Positions 52,931-64,000 of a DNA stretch of 64,000 bases are shown piece after piece. The stretch is from Lama glama. Its lineage: Eukaryota. A model generated the notes under the pieces. That model was not told the origin of the DNA, ran no database searches, and worked only from the letters and a program-made list of their open reading frames with translations. The first letter of the stretch is position 1. The number at the start of each line of letters is the position of its first letter. Both the position numbers and the translations under genes were made by a program. The stretch is from contig CM052817.1 of assembly GCA_028534125.1 (NCBI GenBank), positions 12,154,001 through 12,218,000 of the forward strand, in the 5' to 3' direction.

Positions 52931-55900
52931 GAGCTTTGTAAATCTTACTGCACTTTAGAAATGTACTATTATTATAGTTAATACATATTATAAAAATTCA
53001 ACTCAAAAATTAATTACTTAAGCCCCTTCCCATTTTTAAAAAAAACCAGCTCACCGCTATGCACACTGCTATTTCATAGCAATCTTTTTATTTTTTCCTG
53101 GTCTTTTTTTTGATGTAAGAAACTAGCATCTGATAAAATATGATCCAGGTACATAGTTGCTATGATAAATATTTGCCATATTAATGACTGCATAAATAAA
53201 ATATGGCAGACTTGCTTCAAGACGGTCGGGTCAAGGAGATAGTTGAATGAGTGAAACGTAGATTGAAGGAGCTTATTGCTACAAGATAAAATCAGTCGAC
53301 AATCTCCTCATTTCAGAATGGGAATTTTACCGTATCACTGACCCTGGGATATATTTTTACACGAAATTTCTTGGCAGCATTGAGCTTAGTCTGTTAGCAT
53401 GAAATAATGTATATAAATGAGCTTTGAAAAGAACAAAGCTTTGTGTCAATAGTACTAAGAATTGCTGTCATTTATTTTCTAACCCCTATGAATCAGATCT
53501 CATGCTAGGCATTTGCACATACATTACCTTGTTTAATTCTCACAAAAATCATGGAGGAAAGACATTATCCCTTTGTTTTAAAATTGAGGGATCTGTTACT
53601 CAGAAATGTTATTTAACAGCTGGAGGAAGGATAAAGCTTTCAAATCCTGATCTGACTCATTTCATTGCCTCAATAAAGGCGGACATTACCATCTTGATTT
53701 TGAAATAAATATTAACACGCAAATATCTATTACATTGTTGATTTCTTTGAAGAGTGTCTTAGAAATTTTGTTACATAAGCTTCTAAAATAATCACAGAAT
53801 TACAGATTTTAGAGGTTTAGGGGTAGATCTCTATGTGACCAGATAGTTCTTTATATGTAATTCCTTGCTTGACTTTCAGATGCTCAAGGTCATTGGAAAG
53901 CAAAGCTAGGATTCAAATCCAATTTGGTGCTCTTCAGACCATAGCATACTGATTCAGAATTTGACATTTTGTTCATCTCTATGTTTATAAGAAGACTAAG
54001 ATAAAAGACCCAGAGAAATCTATGAAAGGGCTCATTTTGCCATTTGTGAAAAGAATTTCTGGTTTACTTGAAAGAAAAAAAATGACATGATAGCAGTAAC
54101 AAATAGCTTTGGCTTAAAAAAAAAAAGTGTATGCCCTACAAAATGCCGAAAAATAATGAAACAATAGTGCTTAGCATCGTCATGAGAGTGCTGTGCTTTG
54201 ATGTACAGAAATACAGAAATGAAACAGATGCTGTTGGATGTCAAAGGCAAACTTTGCCAATGTCAGCAGTGTCAGTAGCATAAACATCTAGAATGCATGG
54301 CAGAGAAAGTAGAACACAGTAAGCAATAGAAAGAAAGATCATTACCTTCAGCATTTTAGAAATTTCTCAAGTGTAGAAGAGGTCTTCATATCCCTGATCC
54401 ATTTGGTTCAAACTCCCCCAAATATGAATACTCAGGCTGCTTTTTTGAGTCACCTACACTGTGATCTCTGAGTCAAAAGGAACACCTATGGAGAAACACA
54501 AATCCTGGGGAGGGTGGGTTCATGCAGTCAGGATGCATAAATAATCCAAATGTTTACTCTGAACTCATCCATAACAACAAATTCAGATGTCTCCCACCCC
54601 CACCAAATTCCCCAGAAGCGACCAAAGTCTGGGCTATGTAATTAAGACAACAGATTTCTCAGAAAATTGTGGTTGCATTGAGCCCATCAATTACAATTTT
54701 CTTTAAATGAGGGTTAGTCCTTATCTCTCTCAAATATGCAAAACCTCAGGTTCTTTATGGGTTTTAAATGAATCCAGAGCATCTGCTGACATCACCGGAA
54801 GCTCTGATATCGATTACACCCATGGCGATATAAAAGAATGAGGCAGAAAAATATGAGAAATAAGGTCACATAGACAGGCTATAATTTATTATAGGCCACC
54901 CACAGCATTAACAGGCAGGAGGTTAGAACCCTAGGTTGGCACCTCCTTTTTTTGGTTTTCCACGCTATTTGCCACATGGATGGTTAAAAGCGAGTTGCGG
55001 CTCCTCAGCTGGAGGTAGAATAGGGAGTCATGGACAGTTGTATACATTAATGTTTGGGAGGCTTGGGTTAAAATGACCATAGAAGTTTACGTGTTTATAC
55101 TGACTTAACTGTTTCCCCATTGTATTGGGATCTAATCACAGCTCAATGTTTACTTTGTTCCACTGACTCATGGGACTTGGAGAGCCTTCAACCCACTGTG
55201 AGAAGAAATGTCAAGGTGTTTTCAAATAAATAAATTTAATATAGGAAAAAATTATAGAAGTTAGAGCCAGAAAAAGATTAAGACCCAAAGCAGTAGTTTC
55301 CAATGGAAGATATATCTAAATCATCTCAAGGTACTGCCTGCAAATTATTTTATGGCTCCTATGCCTGGTCTATAGAATATATCTTATGTTTTTCTATGTA
55401 ACACATTGTGATTGGATAATTGTTTATGTAATTTCTTTGCTTGATATCAGAGCCAATTCTAGACTATAAGAAAGTTGAGAGAGCAACTTTTGTCTGTATT
55501 GTTTTCCATCAGAATCCATCGCCTAGTAAGACCCTTCACACCTAGGAGGTTTGGAGTAGACATTTGTTGAATGAATGCATATTCTTGAACTTTGCTCTCT
55601 CAGTGGGATAGTCTAATGTTGAGTTTGGTTGGATGGAATCCTACATATTTTCATAAGCTTTTAGAATTGCTGGTCTCCTTGCCCTGATTTCTTTAAGCTT
55701 CTGCCTGTAAGAGCATGTCTGGATCATTGTTTGCCTGAACTTGACAGGGCCAAAGTATTAATAATAAATCCTAGCATTCTCTTCTTCATATATTTTCAGA
55801 AAGTTATTTACCGGTGCTTACTACGTTCTAATGTCCTGCTAGCACAAGATGAATGATCTGAGCCTTTTATACGAGGACCTCTATTCTGTCTGGTGGATGA

Positions 55901-57084
55901 GACAGATCAACAGAAAGTCTGCAGTTAGCACTACAGCCACTAGAGGAGGACACAGAAACCTCTAGGAGCACAGAGCAAAGCCCCAAGTCTAGCTTTGCAG
56001 GTTGGCCTCCGCTGAGACCTCTTCTGTCCTTGCTCCCACCCCTCACCATCCTTTTACAGTAGTGCTTGGGATGAACTACACTCAAATGCACTGTTTTCCA
56101 GCCCAACCATGAGTCTTAGGAATCTATGCCCCCTTTTCACCTTCCTCCCCACCTCATCTTAAGTACCGACCATACTAGGTATCTCTTTTGCAAGTTTCCT
56201 GTTTATTCTGTCCTACATCTGACACTTACATTATCTAGGCTGCTTTTGTGCTTCAACCTGACTCCCTTTCCTTGGCTTGTACCCTAATTCACAGTGCTTC
56301 ACCCAGTGAGTGTTTAATAAAAAAATATTGTTCAGAACATGGACTTCCAAGTGTGCAGCTACCCACATTTCTTCTTGCTGGGACACACACCTGAGAGCCA
56401 AATTCTCCCATCCTTCTAACCTTTGGAATTTTAAACTTCCTATATCAAAAGTGATAGAGGCTAGCAATTCTGGGTTATACAGATTTTCATATGACTTTAA
56501 ATGTAAATAGTACACAAGGACTTAATAAATCCTTTAAGTAAATACTAATATTTATTTGGGAAGAAATTATTTGGAAAAATAAAATCTTATACAAGATTTC
56601 CCCCAATAACCTTACTAATAATTCCTTCTAAGAGCAAAGCAAGGGTTTTGTCAGTATTTCCAGGTGACCTGAAAATGGAGCACCTTTCACTGTGAATGGC
56701 AAAAGGAACTTAAAACTCTCTTCAAATCTTTACTTGTTTCCTATAATTTAACAATTATGATCCTTCTCATTATAGATGAGGAAACTAAGTTTAACAGAAT
56801 TCTGATGATTTGTCCAAGATCATATAGCTAGTAAGCCACGGAGTGAGGGATTTTGCCTTGGTTCCGACTCTCCCCCAAAGCTCCTCTTCTTAGAAAAGTA
56901 GAACCAAACAGTTGAGAAACTTGTTGCATTCGGATCCAGCTGGCTATGGTTTGAGTCCCAGCTCTTTCATGTGACCCTGTGTAGATTGTGGAGTTTCCTT
57001 GAACACTCATTTCATTATTAATAATATTGGAATTAAAAAGACTAAATAATTAAATTAGCACTGGAATGTGCTAAATAAGTCATA

Positions 57085-57235
57085 ATAAAGAGCTAATATT
57101 TATCCAGCAGTTATCATACACTGAGCACTTTTTGATGCATATGATTTGTATTAGCTCATTTAACAACAACCATATGGCTTAGGAGCAAATATTGTACCCA
57201 TTTTACAGTTCCAGAAACTGAGGCATACAGTTTAA
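57085..57235 (-). mobile_element. MIR SINE
   Basis: agctaatatttat...ctcatttaa...cccattttacagttccagaaactgaggcataca. Confidence 0.8.
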
Positions 57236-58929
57236 GGGGTTTCTTTGTCCCAATGACTTCATGATTTTGTTTCTCTTTATGCGATATAGTCTGTGCTAGT
57301 TTGCAGTTTGACATATTAAGCCATGATAAGCCCTCAAAAACTGTTAGTCGCCCTTCTTCTGTTTATTTGTTGCTGTAGATTTTAAGCAATAAATAAACCA
57401 CCCGACATCAACTTACTGTGAACTAGTACAAAGCTGTCTTTAAGACTACAGCAAATAGCAAGTCAAGTAAAAATAGTCAAATCACTGGTGGTGGATTAGA
57501 AATGTTTGAACTCTAGGGGATGTGGATATTCACAGTTTATTTCTGTTTATTTGGGTTTTATTTTTCAGAGTAGCACTTTGTGCATGGTGTGCGAAAGTAA
57601 TAATCACTTTTTGTCTTGCCAAATACCCCACCTTCCTGTCTAACTTGAGGAAATCCATACTTTATCTAGGTTTCTCCTACTCCTTGGTTCATGGATTGCA
57701 AGTTAATTCTGATGCAAGTTATCTGGAGGGTCTGACTGCAAGTAAGATATTTGGAGAGTCCCATGGAGCCATTCATTACAAATGGAGCCACCATGGCTAA
57801 CAGGGACGACCTGACAACCATTTCATGGTGAGTCTCCAAGGAGCGACAGCTTGAGCTATAGCATATGTGCTTGGAGAGCTTTCGAGGGACAGCAGACTGC
57901 ATTTTTGGTCTTATTGTTTCAGAATGCCAGGGCGTTATGGGGACATGACTGTTAACAATAGAGCCTGCCATTGTTTTGCTGTTATTTTTTTCTCAAGGCT
58001 TTCTGAGTGACAGTCCCTGGGGAGAGTGAATTATCATCCTTAACTTGTAACTTAACTGCTCCTTTTGTCATTCTGCATAATTGCTGTCACCCAGGTAAAA
58101 CTAAATGGTTTTTCTCCCTGGTAAATTCTCCCACACTCAGCTTGGAGCCCTTCAGGCAAGACAGGCAGTGGGGAACCTGGGCAGATAATGTACTGATCTA
58201 AAATGAGTCCTAGAAAAGGAAAGTCTCGGAAAGGCTTTGTCTCTGAAAACAAATGTCAAGCACAGTGAAGACACTGGCTTAAATAACTAAAGTTGCCATT
58301 TATTTAGCAATTACAAAAATAGGTATTAGAGTAGCATGTGCCCCATCGAGCAGTTGGGACGATTAAACTGTTAATACATTAAAAGTGTTCAGCCCAGTGT
58401 GTGGCATAAAATAAGAGCTCAGTCAGTGTTAGCTTGTACTGCTTTGTGACATTGTGTGTTTAATCATTACAACCATCTTTCAATGTATTTATTATTAGCC
58501 CCATTTTCCAGATGAGAAAACTGAATGATTATTATTGGGGCTGGAACTTAGAAGTAAGTAGGCTAAACTCTAAAGCTGAAATGTGCTCCACTTCCAAAAC
58601 GCTCTTTGATTCACCCAGTGACTTGTGTCAAGTGAGAGGCTGAGACAATCGGTCATCCAACGAAAATGAATCATCTCTGGGGCTGATCACAGACTACAAG
58701 GTTTACCAGTTAGTCTCATTATTTGAATGAATTATTTCATTTTTTCATAAATCTATGTTTTCATAAAACTCATATAGTAGGCTAAATATAATCATCTATT
58801 TTGAAATAGCGACTGCTTTGGTACCATTTTGTTGTTTTCATGAAGACCTTGAGACTGATCATAGATGTTGATGATAATATTTACTACAATAGTAATAGTA
58901 GTCACAATAGTATCAGCAATGATAGCAAT

Positions 58930-59160
58930 GATAACATGAATAGCATTTATGGTTTACTTACTGTGTGGCAAGTGTGGATCTAAGAATTTACCATCAGTTA
59001 TCTCATTTAATCCTCATCCGGCAGGTACCGTTATTATCCCTGATTTATATGCTATAAGACTGAGATTCAGAGAGGTAAAGGAATACACTGAAAGTCACAG
59101 TTATTAAATGGATGAGACGGGATTTGAACCCACGCCGTCAGACTTCTGAGTTGTGCTATT
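58930..59160 (-). mobile_element. MIR SINE
   Basis: tatctcatttaatcctca...actgagattcagagaggtaaag...gggatttgaaccca. Confidence 0.85.
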
Positions 59161-61239
59161 TTACGCACATAGGAAATGATAAACTGAGATGCAAACCCAA
59201 CACTTCCTTTCCCACATGTCCCCATCCTTTCCTTCTCATTCAAATCCATGATAGTATGGGAGCCTCTTGAATCCACTGTCTACTGTACTCACAGCCGTTT
59301 AATTTTAGGAAGCAAAATTTTCTTAGTCTTGGGCATGTTACGTATTAGTAGTGCTAAAATGAATAAACCAGAGTAATTGCGACACAAGGACTGATTTCAC
59401 TGACTATACAGATGACTCTCAGCTGGGTCTGGGAGGGCAGGGGAAGCAATGCAGGGGATATGGGTAGAGATGGGGATTGGAGCCTGGGGAGCGAATGAAG
59501 TCTCTTTGGAGCCATGTAGCATTTCTAGAAAAGGGATCCATCAAAAAGCACATTCATATAAGTATGGTTTTCATTATGTACAAACTACAGAAAGAAAAGT
59601 TCAGCAAAATCTTTGCTGGCAGGTATAGGGCATGGGTTAGAAAGAGAGGCTGAACAACACTGACCTACCTGAAAGTGTGTCTAGTTCTCACTAATGCATA
59701 CCTTAGGCTGAGACAGACCTCTGCTTAAAGACTGCGCACGTATTTGAATAGGTTATTTCAACTGAGCCTCAATTTAATCACATTTAAAAAAGGGATTCTG
59801 GTACTCTTCTCGCAGGCACAGTTCCTAGCACATGGTAGGGACTCTGTAACTGGGACCTATGATTATTTTCATCTTGATCATCCATCTTAATAAGAAGGTT
59901 AAAGTAAGATTCGTTCAATGGCGAAATGATCAGTAGTTCTGAAAATTCATGTCCACATTAATTTATTCTTGATGCCCCATAGTCGACTTAATATCTTTCT
60001 ATAAGCACTGACAAAGGTAAATATACTCCACTTTATGCTCTATTTCTCTCCATCTCTCTCTCTCTCTTTTTTTTTCCATACTCTCTCTGACCCCCCTTCC
60101 AAAACAGTATATCTCTTCAGTTTATGCTTCGTGACTTCTCTCTCTAAGGGGAACTCAGAACAACAGATTCCAGTTTCACAGCATACATAATGTATTTTGC
60201 ATTAAAACAAAAAACAAAGAACAATTTTAACTCTTGACCATGCTCACTGAGGGAAAGCTGGTATTGTAGTCTGTCCACTTCTTGGTGAAATTCCTCATAA
60301 AGAATTGGAAAATGCACAAAGGCTTGGTTCCATGTTAATGAAAACATATTTAGAAATAATGTGAAGACCAGCCTGTCTCCTAGAGATAGATTGAGTTGCA
60401 AATTCCAGCTACATTCTCTGAGGGGTTAAAGTTGTCCTGAGGAGTACCCCTGGGAACAAATCACCCCAGCGATCAGGTGGTGGTCACACTGCTACCTCCT
60501 GGTGATTTGGACGAGATACATTACAGGTCAGATCTATCGTAGCCATCCTGGCAGTCATAGGGAGGAGCTGGTGATCTTTAACCTAGGACACCAGCCAAGG
60601 ATTATTTATCCGTCAAAACTTTTCAAATATAAGCCAGCGTTACTGAGCCTGTGGGCCCTAGACTGTCTGCCTGTCTGATTTCCATGAGGAAAATCTTCAG
60701 ATAATTTTGGTAAAGGCAGGAAAGAGCAGCCTCATTGCCAAAAGGCAAAAGGAAAGAGACATAAGACACTATTTTGTCCCTTTCTTCTCTTCCACGAAAA
60801 ACAAACGAGCGTCCCTTGATTTTGAATGCATTGTCTCCACAAGCAGCAGCCCTGAATTTTGAGTCAGGAAAAGCAACGCTTTCCATTCCCTGGCTCCCCC
60901 CACAGGACCTTCAGATTTCAAAAGTCAGCTTTGAAGCACCTGGTTTTCCAGGAGTTCGAAATGTGTCAGATTGACTTAACTCAAACTTGCCTGCACACTC
61001 CTTTCAAGTGTAGGAACGATGACCTCGTCCAGGCCACCTTCCGAGTTTCTTTTTTAGGCTTGGATCCCCGGAGCTGCAGCCCGGACTGGGCCAGTTGTTG
61101 CTCCCTCTCAGCCCCTCAGTTAAAATGGCACATCGGGTTTGCAGAAGACGGCACAGATCGCTTGTCTTGGATTCAGTTCTGTTATAATTTTCTTTGAGAA
61201 CAAGTTTGTTTGGGGGAAGGAGGAGAAAAAAAAAGAAAA

Positions 61240-61243
<4 letters not shown>

Positions 61244-61288
<45 letters not shown>
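61244..61288. repeat. (GT)22 microsatellite
   Basis: Perfect run seen directly. Confidence 0.98.
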
Positions 61289-61289
<1 letters not shown>

Positions 61290-62909
61290 TGGGAGGTGAG
61301 GGTACGCTTACAGCCCTGCTGATAAAAAAACTGCAGATATTTGGAAGCACATTATGTTTTTATTTTTCAACCAAACCACAGAGCTGAGGGATTTGGCTGC
61401 TGGGAGAAAAGAGGGCACATTTGTCAGACTTCCGCTTCGGTGCATGCTTGTCCAGTTAGTAAATAAAATATCTGAGAGGATATGAATTGCTCTGCTGTCC
61501 AGTGGCTAAGATTTACCTTATGGTTTTGCAAGTCCTCCCTCTGGCTTGTAACAGTTTCGTATTGAGTGAAGATACTTGATACCCATCACCCTATAGAAAT
61601 GCAGGTGAAAATTAATTTGCCTACTGAAAAGTAAGCTTACAGGTATGAGGAGCAAAACTTAGTCAATGTCAATAAATGTGTTTTGGAGAAATTCTGCATT
61701 TCTGCCTCCTGTGTGATTTCAGCACAGACTTTAGGACATGGTAAGTGCTTGATAAGTGATTTGAATGAAACCAGGTAGGATGCTACGTTTACAGAATACA
61801 TATTACATAATTCTTTAATATTCTACCCCTGATCTAAGTAATAGGCTAGTAATGGGTTTATGTGATATTTAACACACAATGCTACTTAGAAAGGATACCA
61901 ACTCAACTGAGGTGTTTAATACATGTTGGTTGGATAAATTTTAAATTCACTACTGAAAACTATTGCCAGTAAAATAATTTTATGCTACCTGACCCCAGGC
62001 ATAGGCAGAATATATATTAAACATGTATTTATGGCAAACTCTATAATTTCTTTTAGAGAAATTAATTCCCATGGCAATCCGTTTCTAGATTTGCCCAGAA
62101 CAGTTGTTGAAATCACAATTAAAATGTTTTCCTTGGCTTGGAAAGGGGGAGGAATTGGGCCCTCGGTTGTCCAGCTGAGAGAAACAGCCCTTTATGGAGG
62201 AGGAGGTAACATTCTTTCTGTCCATAATTCAGTGGCTTAATCCTTAGCAACAGATCTAATCATTGCTTCAGGCTTTCCAGCTGAGTTAAACCAACATCGT
62301 GCTACAAAGACCATTAAGGAAAGGCTTGCTTGTTCATATATTGATTAAATCCTATACATCATCACCCCATTTTTAAGGTCGAAATGAATAGAAGTTAGGA
62401 AACTCTCCCAGCATCCTCAGATGACTAAATGTTTAATTATTGAGAGAAGGAGTAGCCTCACTCTGCTGCAAAACCTGCAGCCTGATGTGTCTGTTTAACT
62501 GGCCTTCACCTTACCTTGAACGACTGCCTCCCTTAAGATGCGCTCCTTTCAGAAAACGGTTCTACGGGATATTTGCCACCTCTTGAACAGCATCAGTTGA
62601 GTTCCTTTTATCAGACCATATTATCTGTGTACTTAATGATGTTTCCCCCTTACTTGAGCTTGGAAATTGCACAGGTCAAACCTCTTGCTCTGCTACAGAC
62701 TTCATAAAGACCAAGGATTTTTCATACTATTTGTGCCCTTCTGCTTGCTGAAAGCTTGGTGTGTGTAACACTTAAACACTGTGTTCCCCTTTCTATTTTA
62801 ACAGTCTTATTTGTGTGTGTATGTGTATTGTAAACCATAGGACACTTATTTTTGTATTGTGCGACCTATAAATAATACATTTTGAATTATAAATGTAACC
62901 ACAAGCTAT

Positions 62910-63030
62910 CCTAAAATCAATGCTAGCTGTGCCATCTTTGGCAAGTTTTCTTATCTGTAAAATGGGGATTACAATGTTTATCTTATATTGTTGTGATGAG
63001 GACAAAATGAATTAATAATGCAAAGTATGA
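62910..63030 (+). mobile_element. MIR core
   Basis: ttttcttatctgtaaaatggggatta...ttgttgtgatgaggacaaaatga. Confidence 0.75.
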
Positions 63031-63268
63031 ATTGTAAAGTACAAACTTGACCATTGGCTCTAAGCTCCATGATACCATAGGAAGTAATTTAACCAGTTGT
63101 AGATTCCCAAGGCTTCAGACCACACCTAGCATTCATTGTCAAGGCTTTTGGCCATGGGATCTCACAGGCCTGGGATACCTTCACCTTTATAATGTCTTCC
63201 TGCTTCCTGCCAACCCAGATAGAACTGATTCCCTGGTCCTCGATGTTACTCTGCTATTTTGGATATAT

Positions 63269-63480
63269 TAGCATTTCTCAGCCTTGCTGTCATTGGCATC
63301 TGGGGCTGGATAATTCTTTGTTGCGGGTGTCTGTCCTGTTCATTGTAGGGCATTTATCAGAATCCCTAACCTCTACCCATTTGATGCCAGTAACATGCTC
63401 CTAGTGTGGCAACCAGAAAAGTCTCCAGGTGTTGCCAAGTATCCCCTGGTTGGCCAAACAGTCCTAGTTGAGAAACACTG
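63269..63480 (-). mobile_element. MER20 (hAT-Charlie MITE)
   Basis: Collinear with the 18160-18389 copy: ggataattctttgttg...cctctacccatttgatgccagta...gtctccag...gttgagaaacactg. Confidence 0.88.
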
Positions 63481-63499
63481 ATTTACAACATTTTATGGT

Positions 63500-63755
63500 A
63501 CTTCTTTTATTTAATGAACGTTTATTATAGCACCTATAATATGTCAGAGATTTTTCTAAAAGCAATGCATATGTCAATATTAGTACTTGTAAGTTAGGTG
63601 CTAGTATCATATCTGGTTCACAGCTGGGAGATCTAGATGGGGGAGGTTAGAGCTGAGGAATCTGAAGCACAGAGAAGCTGCGTGACTTGTCCCAGCTCGT
63701 AAGTGGAGAGTGGGGCTTCACACTCCATTCACATGCTCTATCCGCCATGCTGTGC
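63500..63755 (-). mobile_element. MIR SINE
   Basis: tgaggaatctgaagcacagagaagctgcgtgacttgtcccag...gtaagtggagagtggggcttca. Confidence 0.75.
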
Positions 63756-64000
63756 TCTGTCCCCCCGGGGCTGTGCAAGCCCTGGAGTCTTGGGGGGGGG
63801 GTGGGAGTGGGGGTGAGGCTCAGAGGCTGGAATTATCTTTGGTTCCAGAACATCAAGCCTGGTATAAATGTTAAGCTAGGGGAACCAGTGCCTGTCGGTA
63901 ATTCTACCTCTTTACCAAGAAAGGCTTTACATCAAAGGGGAAGTAAACAATTTCTACTCTAGTGTATTAAATAACTTCTAGATGAGGAGACTGAGACTTA

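Noticed and set aside
53203..53400. Protein-like stretch MADLLQDGRVKEIVE*VKRRLKELIATR* as a possible processed pseudogene
   Set aside because: No parent gene recognised, and no poly(A) tail or TSD.
60422..60584. Possible terminal inverted repeats (ggttaaag / ctttaacc) of a novel MITE
   Set aside because: The match is only 8 bp and there is no TSD or second copy.
1..64000. CRISPR arrays, tRNA/rRNA/snRNA genes, prokaryote-type operons
   Set aside because: No regularly spaced repeat-spacer array and no recognisable structural RNA gene were seen; the sequence is mammalian and dominated by repeats.

Overview
This is AT-rich mammalian (eutherian) non-coding DNA, not prokaryotic, with two 500-N assembly gaps (989-1488, 50624-51123). 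I can support no intact protein-coding gene, RNA gene or CRISPR array; the ORF track consists of chance ORFs, gap artefacts and decayed LINE-1 pieces. A large part of the window is fossil transposons: L1, L2, MIR, MaLR (MLT1) solo LTRs and hAT MITEs (MER20, MER3, MER5-like, MER53). The L1 3' UTRs are of the cetartiodactyl type, and I saw no Alu, B1/B2, Bov-A/tA, PRE1 or CHR SINEs, so a camelid genome is likely (inference). The most notable non-repeat signals are a gene-less CpG island at about 17.0-17.9 kb with a G-quadruplex/GC-box cluster, a perfect-Kozak start followed by a strong splice donor at about 57.8 kb, a GATA/RUNX/ETS cluster at about 61.3 kb and two hairpins in unique sequence. 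Two repeats have unusual structure: a twin-primed inverted L1 and a MER53 hairpin resembling miR-1302. I did not find convincing evidence of a new biological system. Repeat family names come from recalled consensus sequences and most boundaries are approximate; RepeatMasker/Dfam should confirm them.
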